The notes beneath the pieces were generated by a model that worked only from the letters and a program-made list of their open reading frames with translations, did not search any database and was not told the origin of the DNA. Below, piece by piece: positions 9,091 through 18,603 of a stretch of DNA of 64,000 nt; within the stretch, counting starts at the first letter, position 1, and each line of letters opens with the position of its first letter. Source of the DNA: Arenicellales bacterium (lineage in GTDB: Bacteria > Pseudomonadota > Gammaproteobacteria > Arenicellales > JAHEKD01); the NCBI GenBank assembly GCA_965215945.1, contig CBDCFC010000046.1, positions 175,142 through 239,141 of the forward strand, in the 5' to 3' direction. The position numbers and the translations under genes were made by a program.

Positions 9091-11115
9091 ATGGAAAACG
9101 ATCCATTATTACAGCCTTTCTCTATTCGTCATGTTAGATTTCGTAATCGAATCATGTCCACTAGCCATGCCTGTGGGTTAGAAGAAGACGGTGGAATGCC
9201 GGCAGAGACTTATCAACGCTATCACCAGGAAAAAGCAAAAGGTGGTTTAGGGTTAACCATGTTCGGGGGATCATCATATGTCGATGCCGATTCAACATGG
9301 AAAAGCGGGCAGCTAAATATGTCTACAGACCGAATTATTCCTTATTTGCAGTCATTTTCTGAGCGAATTCATAGTGAAGGTGCAGCACTGATGATTCAGT
9401 TAACGCATCTGGGCAGGCGGGGTGAACCCAATACCATAAACTGGTTGTCAACTATTGGACCGTCGGTAGTACGAGAAACAGGGCATCGATCATTTCCCAA
9501 GCAAATGGATAAATTTGATATCAACCGGGTGGTTAAAGCGTTTGGTGCCGCAGCTTTACGTGCAAAACAAGGTGATCTTGATGGTATGGAAACGATGATT
9601 GGCGGACATTTAATTGGTCAGTTTTTATCACCCATGACTAATAAACGAACCGACAAATTTGGTGGCTCATTAGAGAATCGTTGCCGCTTTGGATTATTAG
9701 TGCACGAAGAAATACGTAATCGGGTCGGAGATGATTTTATTGTTGGTATGCGTTTTCCTATCGATGAAGCGGTGCAGGGAGGTATGGATTTTGATGAATG
9801 TATAAGGGCAGCAAACATCTTCCAAAGGTCAGGTCTGATTGATTTTTTCAATGCCAACTATGGTCGTATCGATACAGAATTAAAATTGCTGATTGATTGC
9901 ATGCCGGCGATGGCATCTCCCATTGCACCGTGGTTACAGATCGTTGGTGCGTTTAAAAAAGAAGTTAAATTGCCAGTGTTTCATGCCGCCCGTATTACCG
10001 ATTTAGCAACAGCGCGGTATGCGATTCAGGAAGGTCTGCTCGATATGGTGGCAATGACCCGTGCGCATATTGCTGATCCGCACATCGTCAACAAAATTAT
10101 CTCAGGTGACGAGGACCGCATACGTCCCTGTGTAGGTATGACGCATTGTATGGGTGATAATCGTCCCACTTGTTTACATAATCCGGCCACAGCACGTGAG
10201 CGGTTTTGGCCGCAGATTATTCAACCAGGCGCCGAGCGAAAAAAATGCATGGTAGTTGGGGGTGGCCCGACAGGTCTGGAAGCGGCAAGAATACTCGCTC
10301 AGCGTGGCCATGAGGTTACATTGATGGAAGCAACCAAAGAGCTGGGTGGACAGCTTCGATTGGCTTGTAAGGCGCATTGGCGAAAGGATGTGATTGGCAT
10401 CATAGACTGGCGAATTTCGGAGCTTGAGAAGCTGGGCGCAACGGTCAAGACTGATTTTCTGGCCGCTGAGAGCGACATCATTAATGAATCTCCTGATCTT
10501 GTTATTATTGCGACCGGTGGTTTGCCAGATCTCGACTGGCTGCCCGGCAATCAATTCGTGACCTCAGTAAATGATTTATTAACGGGTAATGTCCCAGTTG
10601 GTGATAGTGTCATTGTTTACGACGGTACCGGTCGCCATCCTGGATTGACCGTGGCTGATTATTGCAATCAACTCGACAAACTAGAACATCTGGTTTTATT
10701 GGATACTCAGCCTGGGGCTGAGCTTGATTACGGTGAGCAAGTAATTTGGCGAAGGGAATTAGCTTTAACGAATATTCAGCCAAAACTGGAATTTAGATTG
10801 ATTTCAGTCAGGCTGCATCAAGATCGACTGCAAGCGTATTTTGTTCATGAGTTATCATGTGAAGAAATGATTCTGGACGCGGACCAAATTGTCGTTGAAC
10901 ATGGCACCAAGCCGGTCGAGGATTTATTCCAGTCTTTGCAACCGCATTCAGCTAATAATGGTGTTACCGATATTGCCAAATTTCTATCCGGAGAACCTCA
11001 GTCAACAGACAATAATGCTAATGGCTTTGAGTTGCACAGAATAGGAGACGCCCTATCAAGCCGAAATGTTGCAGCTGCTATGTTTGATGCTCTGCGTCTT
11101 TGTTCAGTGATGTAG
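9091..11115 (+). CDS. Two-domain flavoenzyme: OYE-like FMN domain plus FAD/NAD(P)-binding domain (dienoyl-CoA reductase / N-methylproline demethylase-like)
   Basis: N-terminal FRNRIMSTSH..G.. TIM-barrel OYE-like region. Central Cys-rich linker RPCVGMTHCMGDNRPTC. VVGGGPTGLEAARILAQRGHEVTLME dinucleotide fold. Confidence 0.8.
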   Translation: MENDPLLQPFSIRHVRFRNRIMSTSHACGLEEDGGMPAETYQRYHQEKAKGGLGLTMFGGSSYVDADSTWKSGQLNMSTDRIIPYLQSFSERIHSEGAALMIQLTHLGRRGEPNTINWLSTIGPSVVRETGHRSFPKQMDKFDINRVVKAFGAAALRAKQGDLDGMETMIGGHLIGQFLSPMTNKRTDKFGGSLENRCRFGLLVHEEIRNRVGDDFIVGMRFPIDEAVQGGMDFDECIRAANIFQRSGLIDFFNANYGRIDTELKLLIDCMPAMASPIAPWLQIVGAFKKEVKLPVFHAARITDLATARYAIQEGLLDMVAMTRAHIADPHIVNKIISGDEDRIRPCVGMTHCMGDNRPTCLHNPATARERFWPQIIQPGAERKKCMVVGGGPTGLEAARILAQRGHEVTLMEATKELGGQLRLACKAHWRKDVIGIIDWRISELEKLGATVKTDFLAAESDIINESPDLVIIATGGLPDLDWLPGNQFVTSVNDLLTGNVPVGDSVIVYDGTGRHPGLTVADYCNQLDKLEHLVLLDTQPGAELDYGEQVIWRRELALTNIQPKLEFRLISVRLHQDRLQAYFVHELSCEEMILDADQIVVEHGTKPVEDLFQSLQPHSANNGVTDIAKFLSGEPQSTDNNANGFELHRIGDALSSRNVAAAMFDALRLCSVM

Positions 11116-11436
11116 TAATACTAATTCGAGTTTAAGCCTTCTGTATTTTTGGATTTATTTCTAAAAATAGATTTTGGATAAAACGGTGGATGTGCCGTTA
11201 ATAACGATAGAGTCACAAATTTGAAAAGTGAGTAGCTGAGATATCGATCTGAAGCTAAGTGGTGTGAAATTAGAAAGTGAATGGTTTCTAATAAATCATG
11301 AGGAAATATTCAAATTCAAGGGTTCAATCTATTCGAACGCAGGTCGGAAAAATACTCATTTGAGACATTCAGCGATTTTGTGTCGTTGGTTACAGTTGCT
11401 TCTGCACGAATTTTGTGTACATGGTAAGTTAATATC

Positions 11437-11826
11437 ATGACACAATTTCAAGTCTTTAAAACATCGGAAGCGACGTTCGAACCATTCAGAACGGTGGGGA
11501 ATGGATATCAAAACGTATGTGAGTGGATTGGCCAAAATACCAATGCACCCTATCAAGCGGGCATTGCAGAACTCTCTCACATTTGTATCGAAGATTATAA
11601 GTTTAGTTTCCATGATTTTTTATATGTTCTAGAAGGCGAGATAATCCTAACGCAAGAACAGCGCACCGAGACACTGTCAGTTGGGCAAGCTGTCTATATA
11701 CCTGAGGGTGCAATTGTTACATTGGATGTACCTAATTATCTCTTATGGATTTATGTTGCCCGATCACATCAAGGCCATTGGAAGAGGGGCATTAGCACCC
11801 CGGGTGCTGTCGTAGAACGACAATAG
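11437..11826 (+). CDS. Cupin-domain protein
   Basis: 129 aa. HDFLYVLEGEIIL ... GQAVYIPEG pattern of a small single-domain cupin. Confidence 0.6.
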   Translation: MTQFQVFKTSEATFEPFRTVGNGYQNVCEWIGQNTNAPYQAGIAELSHICIEDYKFSFHDFLYVLEGEIILTQEQRTETLSVGQAVYIPEGAIVTLDVPNYLLWIYVARSHQGHWKRGISTPGAVVERQ

Positions 11827-11949
11827 ATAGTTAAATAGACATTTAAAATGGAGGCTCTGAGTAAATAACGGGTTTTCAGAGCTTATTGAAACTTATTAGC
11901 TAAATCTGTCAGGTCAAGTAAGTGTTTACAAGTTACATTGCGAATACAC

Positions 11950-12330
11950 TTAATTTAATGGTGCGGCGCTATCGTCCGTGACATCTTCAACATAGTGATT
12001 AATATCCGAAATTATTTGGTAACGCTCTTCCTCGGTTAAATTAGATTCACTCAAGGTGTCGAGAAGGTGCCCGACAAAAGCCCTGAAGTGTTTGGCATTG
12101 ATTCCTCTACCTTGATGGGCATGTGATAAGTTTAATCCGGAATATTCTCCCGGTCCTCCAAGGGCGATAGTGAAAAATTCTTTTTGCATGTTTTTTAATT
12201 GATGCATAGGCGTGTTCTTGAAAAAATCAACAAGCGTCTTATCATTTAAAACACGATCATAAAATGAGTCAACTAATTGAATGATGGCTGGTTCACCACC
12301 GACTTTCTCATATAAAGTTTTTTCATTCAT
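11950..12330 (-). CDS. glbN: Group I truncated hemoglobin
   Basis: 126 aa. LYEKVGGEPAI..LVDSFYDRV, FFTIALGGPGEYSG and HAHQG..I....F stretches are characteristic of 2-on-2 globins. Confidence 0.85.
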   Translation of the reverse strand: MNEKTLYEKVGGEPAIIQLVDSFYDRVLNDKTLVDFFKNTPMHQLKNMQKEFFTIALGGPGEYSGLNLSHAHQGRGINAKHFRAFVGHLLDTLSESNLTEEERYQIISDINHYVEDVTDDSAAPLN

Positions 12331-12610
12331 AGAAGGTACCTGCTCATTAAAGCTGTTGGTTGTATTCTCAATGTACCAAATTTTTTAAAACTTCAATTGA
12401 TAACGGCATCGCTAACTATTTGGCAACTTGAAAACTGCTTATTACCCAGCTATTTAAAGCTGCTAATCATATCGATTTAAACTTATTCCATATCAATTTA
12501 AAATACAAGACATGTGCCTAAATAAAACTCGATTTCATTGATATTGACAGCAAAGCGAAATACAGCTCGGAGCAAAAGGTACTGTTAAATAATATACCCG
12601 CTTAATTCAA

Positions 12611-13318
12611 TTATGACCAATAAGCATATTTTGTTAACTTTTCCACGTTCGGAATAAAAATTGAGTCCCGTTTAATTTCCAGCAATTCTTCATCTTCGAG
12701 TTGTTTTAAGATGCGAGAGAAAGTTTCTGGTGTAACAGAAATAATAGAGGCGATAGTTTGTTTGGGGGTGTCAAGCCTAATCTTAGTCGACATCGCGTTG
12801 TGGTCTGGTATAAGTCCATTCAAATAATTGACTACTCTTATGGTCGCATTTTCCAGAGTTAAGCTGTCAATCTCCTTTACTTTTCTGTGCAATCGTTGGC
12901 TTAAGTCAGCAAGCAGTGCCATTGATAGTTCTGTTGATTCATGCAATAAATTGACGAATTGTTGATTATTAAAACCAATTACTTCACTTTTTTTCAATGC
13001 AACGCAGTTTGCGGGGTAGCGATTCTCGGTCAAAAACATGACAGCTTCGGCAAATAAATGACCAGGACGGACGATTTCCAGCACTTTTTCCATGCCATGG
13101 GCGGAATTTCGAGAAATTTTAACCTGGCCTTTTTTTAGCAGATAAAAGCTATGGGCGATATCACCCATATTAAACAGTGTTTGGTCTTTTGATAATTTTA
13201 TATGATGACTGTTATCTAGTAATTCTTTTCTTTGCTTGTTCTTTAGTGTGCTGAACACAGGTAATCTGGCTAATAGTGCTAACTCTTCAGTGTCAGTCAT
13301 TGGCTTGATATAAATCAA
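12611..13318 (-). CDS. dnr: Crp/Fnr-family regulator, Dnr/NnrR type (no N-terminal Cys cluster)
   Basis: cNMP-like beta-roll followed by an HTH with the FNR-type recognition helix ...SVTPETFSRILKQL (E--SR). No FNR Fe-S cysteines at the N-terminus. TTG start at 13318, alternative ATG at 13300. Confidence 0.85.
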   Translation of the reverse strand: MIYIKPMTDTEELALLARLPVFSTLKNKQRKELLDNSHHIKLSKDQTLFNMGDIAHSFYLLKKGQVKISRNSAHGMEKVLEIVRPGHLFAEAVMFLTENRYPANCVALKKSEVIGFNNQQFVNLLHESTELSMALLADLSQRLHRKVKEIDSLTLENATIRVVNYLNGLIPDHNAMSTKIRLDTPKQTIASIISVTPETFSRILKQLEDEELLEIKRDSIFIPNVEKLTKYAYWS

Positions 13319-13498
13319 TTACATTATCATTAATAGAGCCTAATATTTTACCCTAAATCTTGCCTATGACACCCACATAGTGTTTATTAGATCTAAGATA
13401 GCTAAGCCGTATAAAAGTACGCACTGTGTAAAGACCGAAATCTCCCTTGCTCGGTTTTGATGATTTAATTAAATGAATTTAGTTTTTTGGAGACGCTC

Positions 13499-13798
13499 AT
13501 GAAAAAGTTAGTATTGATTACCGCTACCATGGCCTGGGCATTATCATGTCAGGCTAGTGAAGAGCTTGCTAGCGCTAGCAATTGTCTGGCCTGTCACAAA
13601 GCCGATGCCCAACTTGTAGGACCTTCCTATCAGGACATTGCCGCTAAATATAAAGATCAGGAGGGAGCAAGTGATGCGCTGTTCGAAAGTATTAAAAACG
13701 GCTCATCGGGAACCTGGGGTGCTGTGCCTATGCCGCCGAATGCGGCCGTTAGTGACGAAGATATCCAAGCATTGGTAGATTGGATTTTAGCCATGTAA
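13499..13798 (+). CDS. nirM: Cytochrome c551/c552 (class I monoheme, NirM-like)
   Basis: Signal peptide, CLACH heme motif followed by GPSYQDIAAKYK, distal WG.VPMPP. ATG at 13499 lies after GGAG. Confidence 0.85.
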   Translation: MKKLVLITATMAWALSCQASEELASASNCLACHKADAQLVGPSYQDIAAKYKDQEGASDALFESIKNGSSGTWGAVPMPPNAAVSDEDIQALVDWILAM

Positions 13799-13873
13799 AT
13801 CCACTTGCAAGGTTATATTTTTAACCAAAATCTTTACTTGCCTGAGTGTATGTTCACTTAAGTTAAATGCTTT

Positions 13874-14467
13874 ATGAGCGATGATTATTCTAATCCGATT
13901 GATCATTTCGCCGATTGGTATCGACTGGCATGTGAAAACAAGCACATTGAAGAAGCCAATGCGATGAATTTAGCTACTGCATCAGCTTCAGGAATGCCTA
14001 CCAGTCGTATGGTGCTTCTTAAGGCATTTGATGAGAATGGTTTTGTATTTTATACCAACCTTAATAGCCGAAAAGGGCAACAATTGAAAGTTAACCCATT
14101 GGCGGCTTTGTGTTTTTATTGGGAGCCGTTAGCCAGGCAAGTCAGAATTGAAGGCCAGGTTGTTGTCGTTGATGATGAACAGGCTGATGAATATTTCGCT
14201 TCACGACCGTTTAAAAGCAAAATAGGAGCCTGGGCATCAAGGCAGTCACAACCACTGGATCATCAAAAAACACTGCTTAAGGAGATTGCCAAACAAACCG
14301 CCAAGTATGTTACAAAGACAGTTCCAAGGCCTGTCTTCTGGTCAGGTTTCTGCTTGCTGCCGGATCGTATTGAATTTTGGCAAAGAGGAGAGTATCGTTT
14401 GCACAGGCGGCAATCTTATGAGCTTGATGAAAGCGGACAGTGGCAAGCACAGTTACTCTATCCGTAA
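13874..14467 (+). CDS. pdxH: Pyridoxamine 5'-phosphate oxidase
   Basis: 197 aa. SRMVLLK, FVFYTN..S.KG, IEFWQ....RLH.R C-terminal signature of PdxH. Confidence 0.85.
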   Translation: MSDDYSNPIDHFADWYRLACENKHIEEANAMNLATASASGMPTSRMVLLKAFDENGFVFYTNLNSRKGQQLKVNPLAALCFYWEPLARQVRIEGQVVVVDDEQADEYFASRPFKSKIGAWASRQSQPLDHQKTLLKEIAKQTAKYVTKTVPRPVFWSGFCLLPDRIEFWQRGEYRLHRRQSYELDESGQWQAQLLYP

Positions 14468-14561
14468 ACATAAACAACAAAAATCACCGCTACGATAGTC
14501 TTTGCTTTTGTCATATTGTCACTATCATCATAGCGAGTTCTAATGCTAATCTCTTGGCTGT

Positions 14562-15986
14562 ATGACCAGGCAACCATTGGTTGTATTATTTCCTGATTTA
14601 GACATCTTGAAAAATATTTTAGTGCGCATGATGCAGTCTGAACCCTACCAGTTAACCATCTCTACCCAGAACATGAGACGCACGACCACATCATGGTTAA
14701 TTCTTGGTTTGCTTTCACTTGTAGCGGCGGGTTTGTATTCAGTTTTACTGGTGCTAGCGCGAACGCCTGTTGTTCAACAATGGATACCGTTTGTGGATTT
14801 TTTTCACACTTCTCTGGTTGTCCACGTAAATCTATCCGTTTTTGTCTGGTTATTATCATTTTCTGCTGCCATGTGGAGTCTAAGTGCAAACACCGACTTT
14901 CCAAACTGGGATAAGACATCTTTTCTACTGTCGGCAGTCGGAACACTGGTAATTATTATTTCCCCTTTTGTAGGTGCAGGCCGGCCTTTATTAAATAACT
15001 ACATGCCCATATTACAACATTCGATTTTCTATTTTGGTTTGATTATTTTTGCCATCGGCATTACCAGTCATTTAATCCGCTCAATTTTCTCTGTCTCTTT
15101 GCCAGGGCAGGGATTGGATAGTGTTACTGTGTTGAAATTTGGTATTTCACTTTCGGCTGTTGTGACAGCAATCGCCATACTTTCATTTTTAGCATCATAT
15201 TTTGGTATTGATAAGAACATTCAGGGACAGGTGTTTTTCGAGTTTTTATTTTGGGGGTCGGGGCATGTGATTCAATTTAGTTATACCATTTTGATGCTGA
15301 TTTGCTGGGTTGTTCTGGCTAACACTAGTTTTTGCAGCTACACCTTGAGCCCAAGATTGACAATGTTGTTTCTGGTTTTGCTGGCGCTACCGGTCATCAC
15401 AGTCCCGTTTTTATATTTCGCACATGATATTGTTTCCCCCGGACACCGATTGGCATTTACTGAATTAATGAAGTACGGTGGTTTATCTTCTTTGCCGTTG
15501 GGGCTGGCAATCTTGGTCGCAATGATAAATGCTAAAGTGCCGCATGGTGAAGGTATTTATTTGCGCTCAGCGCTAAATATGTCAGTGTTGCTATTTGCCG
15601 TTGGTGGGATCTTGGGGTTTATGATCAGTGGTCTGGATATTGTCATACCCGCACATTATCATGGATCCACAGTCGCAGTAACTATTGCGTTTATGGGGCT
15701 TTCATATTATTTATTGCCCAGATTGGGATTTGCTGCACCAACAGCACGTCTGACTTTCTGGCAACCCTATATTTACGGCGTGGGTCAGTTAATCCATATC
15801 ACAGGTTTGGCAATTAGCGGTGGCTATGGTGTGCAAAGAAAAACGGCTGGTCTGGCTCAGGGTGTGGATCGCTTCGGTGAAATTGCTGGAATGGGCTTAA
15901 TGGGGACAGGGGGATTAATTTCTGTTATCGGTGGGATATTGTTTCTGATTATCACCTGTCAATCAATTTTAAGTAATCGGTCATGA
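14562..15986 (+). CDS. Orphan heme-copper oxidase-superfamily catalytic subunit (subunit I-like), divergent, candidate NO reductase
   Basis: About 12 TM helices. His in LVVHVNLSVF (helix II-like). FWGSGHVIQF aligns with W.GHP.VY. FAHDIVSPG aligns with ba3 FHHQFADPG. PAHYHGSTV aligns with GHFH. The true start may be internal (MMQSEP at 14628 or MRRTTT at 14673). Confidence 0.65.
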   Translation: MTRQPLVVLFPDLDILKNILVRMMQSEPYQLTISTQNMRRTTTSWLILGLLSLVAAGLYSVLLVLARTPVVQQWIPFVDFFHTSLVVHVNLSVFVWLLSFSAAMWSLSANTDFPNWDKTSFLLSAVGTLVIIISPFVGAGRPLLNNYMPILQHSIFYFGLIIFAIGITSHLIRSIFSVSLPGQGLDSVTVLKFGISLSAVVTAIAILSFLASYFGIDKNIQGQVFFEFLFWGSGHVIQFSYTILMLICWVVLANTSFCSYTLSPRLTMLFLVLLALPVITVPFLYFAHDIVSPGHRLAFTELMKYGGLSSLPLGLAILVAMINAKVPHGEGIYLRSALNMSVLLFAVGGILGFMISGLDIVIPAHYHGSTVAVTIAFMGLSYYLLPRLGFAAPTARLTFWQPYIYGVGQLIHITGLAISGGYGVQRKTAGLAQGVDRFGEIAGMGLMGTGGLISVIGGILFLIITCQSILSNRS

Positions 15987-16165
15987 TGGAAATTATCATA
16001 TTTACTCTAAACGGCATTTTTGTTTATCTGTTTTCAGATTGGATATTGAGATTGATTGAACGTTATCGCAATAAAAATTTTGAAAACAGATCGATCATTT
16101 TCTTTATGATATTTTTACCTTTGATCTTGCTGTCGTTTCAAGTCATTAATAAGTTCATTAAGTAA
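15983..16165 (+). CDS. Small two-helix membrane protein, translationally coupled to the HCO-like gene
   Basis: ATGA stop/start overlap with the upstream gene. 60 aa with two hydrophobic segments. No recognisable family. Confidence 0.4.
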   Translation: MMEIIIFTLNGIFVYLFSDWILRLIERYRNKNFENRSIIFFMIFLPLILLSFQVINKFIK

Positions 16166-16179
16166 ATTTCAATACTCTC

Positions 16180-16581
16180 TTAATGTGAATGCGGTAGATC
16201 TCTATGCAGTCGGGCATCAAACGTGGAGAAATGGTTTCGAAACCATTGACTCAAGCGTTCTTGCAGTATTACAGAGCCATTTTTTTGATCGTCTACAAAA
16301 TCATCCATGATGTTGAGAATTTGGTCTAACAGGTCCTCATGATCTTCTTTATGGGCCTCATATTCTACATATTGAGCTTTTTGCATAATTTGTTCCTCGT
16401 GGGCAAAATGAGCGGCAATTCCTGCATAAATATCACCTAAGAATTGTTCGATTTCTTCAGCCGGTGCATTTAATTCAAGCTTTTCGTAGGTCGCATTAAT
16501 CAAATCAATCATTTCACGATGCTCTTCATCAATTGAAGCGACTCCGACCGAATATTCGGGTTTCCATTCAATGTAAGTCAT
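16180..16581 (-). CDS. Hemerythrin-like (bacteriohemerythrin) protein
   Basis: IEWKPEYSVGV..IDEEHREMIDLIN, HFAHEE..M, H..DH and WF.NH....D iron-ligand pattern. ATG at 16581 lies after GAGGAA inside ORF 16180-16626. Confidence 0.85.
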   Translation of the reverse strand: MTYIEWKPEYSVGVASIDEEHREMIDLINATYEKLELNAPAEEIEQFLGDIYAGIAAHFAHEEQIMQKAQYVEYEAHKEDHEDLLDQILNIMDDFVDDQKNGSVILQERLSQWFRNHFSTFDARLHRDLPHSH

Positions 16582-16706
16582 AGCTGATTCCTCAATTAAC
16601 AATAAATTTATTTGTAATTTCATCAAATTCTATAAACACATGCTGGCCAGCAGAAAGCTTCAATTCAGCAGTATGTTTATAATCAAAATCCTCTTCTATT
16701 TTCGAA

Positions 16707-18603
16707 TCACGCATGCCGACAAAAAGCTGATGATTGCCTTGGGGGATTTTTAAATTGTTGATATACCGTTATCTCACCATCATCCCAAATGCCTGTTGGT
16801 GGCAGACTTTGTTGATACAAGATTTCATCGTTGAGCCTTAACATTACATCAACATTTTGTCTTTCACGCTGACAATCTTCAGCTTTGCGCATATTTGCAG
16901 GCAGTTGATCAAGCTCAGCCTGAGTCAACTTTCGGCATTCGTGTAATAATTGCCCGGCATGAGAAAAAGCTAACGAAACTACCGCTTGATGAGGGTCGCG
17001 TAGTTTAGTTTTTGGCCAGTTTGAAAAACGCGCAATTAAAGCTGTCAACAGAATACAGGTTGTAGCAATTGCCAGTAGTTTCATTGGTTTGTATGAATTC
17101 AGTGTGGCAATTGAATTTGTCTCAGTACCTTTGGCAGCAGGATGTAGGGTGCTAGCAAAGGCACTGAGTTGTTCACCGACGCTTCTATAACCCGACCAGG
17201 GGGCTTGCCAGCCCAGAGCTAGTCGATTCGGGTCAACTCGTTTACGTAAGTGTGGATCCCGCTTACGATCAATACGTTGCTCGGTCCACTGCGTTCCAAA
17301 CCGGTATTTACATTCATCCTGGCCACAGCCGGTCATTAAAATCCCGTCAGCGTAATTTCGGCTGAGAATATAATCAATAAAAGCAGGCGGTAGGTGTCCC
17401 ATGCAGGCGACTTGTAAAACGCCTTCATGATGAGATGATATTTTTTTGACTGAACTGTCTTTTTGGCAGGCAATAATCATTATCCGTTGCTCTGAAGTAA
17501 ATTCACTCGCCGCCTCATGGATCATGGTTCGAAGTTGTGCAGCACTTAACTCAGGTAAGTCTATTCCAGGAATCAACTCGCTGCGGGAGCGAAATGGCAT
17601 GGCAGTGGGACAGGCACCAACACAGATTCCACAACTGACACACAGATCAGCATCAACGACGGCCTCTTGTTCATGCACAGCGTCGTCACTGCGGGGCATC
17701 ATTGATATAGCACCGTATGGGCAATCGTTTGCGCAACGCTCACACCCATTACAGTTGTCAAGATCGACCAGAGCAGCTCGTTTTAGCTTGGCTGGTGGCA
17801 CCCAAGGTGCAAGGAACAGCAACATGGTCAAGCCGATCAATAATGCCCAAACTCCCGCAGGCGACCAGAACTGAATGAAAGGATAGATCAACAGATAAAA
17901 CCAGTCGAGACTGAGCGACTGTGGAACTTGTGTTAAATCAACCTTGTCCTGACTGAGGGCCGGGTAGAGCAAAGATAATATTACCAGCGCAGCTAATGTT
18001 GTGATCATCAATTGTCTTGGTGGATTAATCCGTGGCCCACTAATTCTGAATACATGCAGCCAGATGGCAAAAACAAAAAAGATGGGTAATCCGATTACGT
18101 GCAAAAAAACCATTAATGTGAAAAATCGGTCACTTAGATTTGAATCAGCTAAAAAGTTTCGGGCCATGGAGTTAGTAAAAATAGGCAGTGAATCCAACAG
18201 TTCGGCGGTCCGTAATGCTACATAGTGTGCTAACTCATCCCATACCAGCCAATAACCTGTAATACCTAAGATAAATAACAACCAGATTAAGGGAACACCG
18301 CATTACCCAGCTAAACCAGTGCTTACCCCGTTGATGGTCAATCGAGAACTCCCTGATGATATGCAGCGTTAGCAAAACGACCGCAGCATCTGAGGCATAG
18401 CGATGCAGACTGCGCATCACTGAGCCAAAGTACCATTGTTGATGAGTGATCAATTCGACTGATTGATAGGCGCCATCAACACTGGTGCGAAAAAAGATTA
18501 ATAACCAGATGCCGCTGATTAAAACAATCCAACAGAAAAATATGGTCAGTGCACCAAGATATTGAAAGGGATTCAGTTGATGATTAGTAGCCTGATTTAA
18601 CAA
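16707..18603 (-). pseudogene. Cytochrome b-like membrane domain + 2x[4Fe-4S] ferredoxin + MvhD/FlpD-like domain fusion, split by a +1 frameshift (orf1-like gene of the sNOR cluster)
   Basis: ORFs 18235-18603 and 16707-18281 overlap in different frames. The N-terminal part has RSLHRYASDAAVVLLTLHII (cyt b-like bis-His helix). Then LGITGYWLVWDEL, CNGCERCANDCP, CVSCGICVGACP, and ACQKDS...ACMGHLPPAFIDYIL...GCGQDECKY (MvhD-like). The break could also be a sequencing error. Confidence 0.7.

Noticed and set aside
12483-12496. FNR-like sequence TTATTCCATATCAA in the glbN-dnr intergenic region
   Set aside because: Only the right half-site matches and the left half has two mismatches. That is too weak to call without a matrix score.
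13874-14467. PdxH-like flavoprotein as a heme d1 or NO-related accessory enzyme
   Set aside because: The sequence carries the full canonical pyridoxamine-phosphate oxidase signature. Location alone is not evidence for another role.
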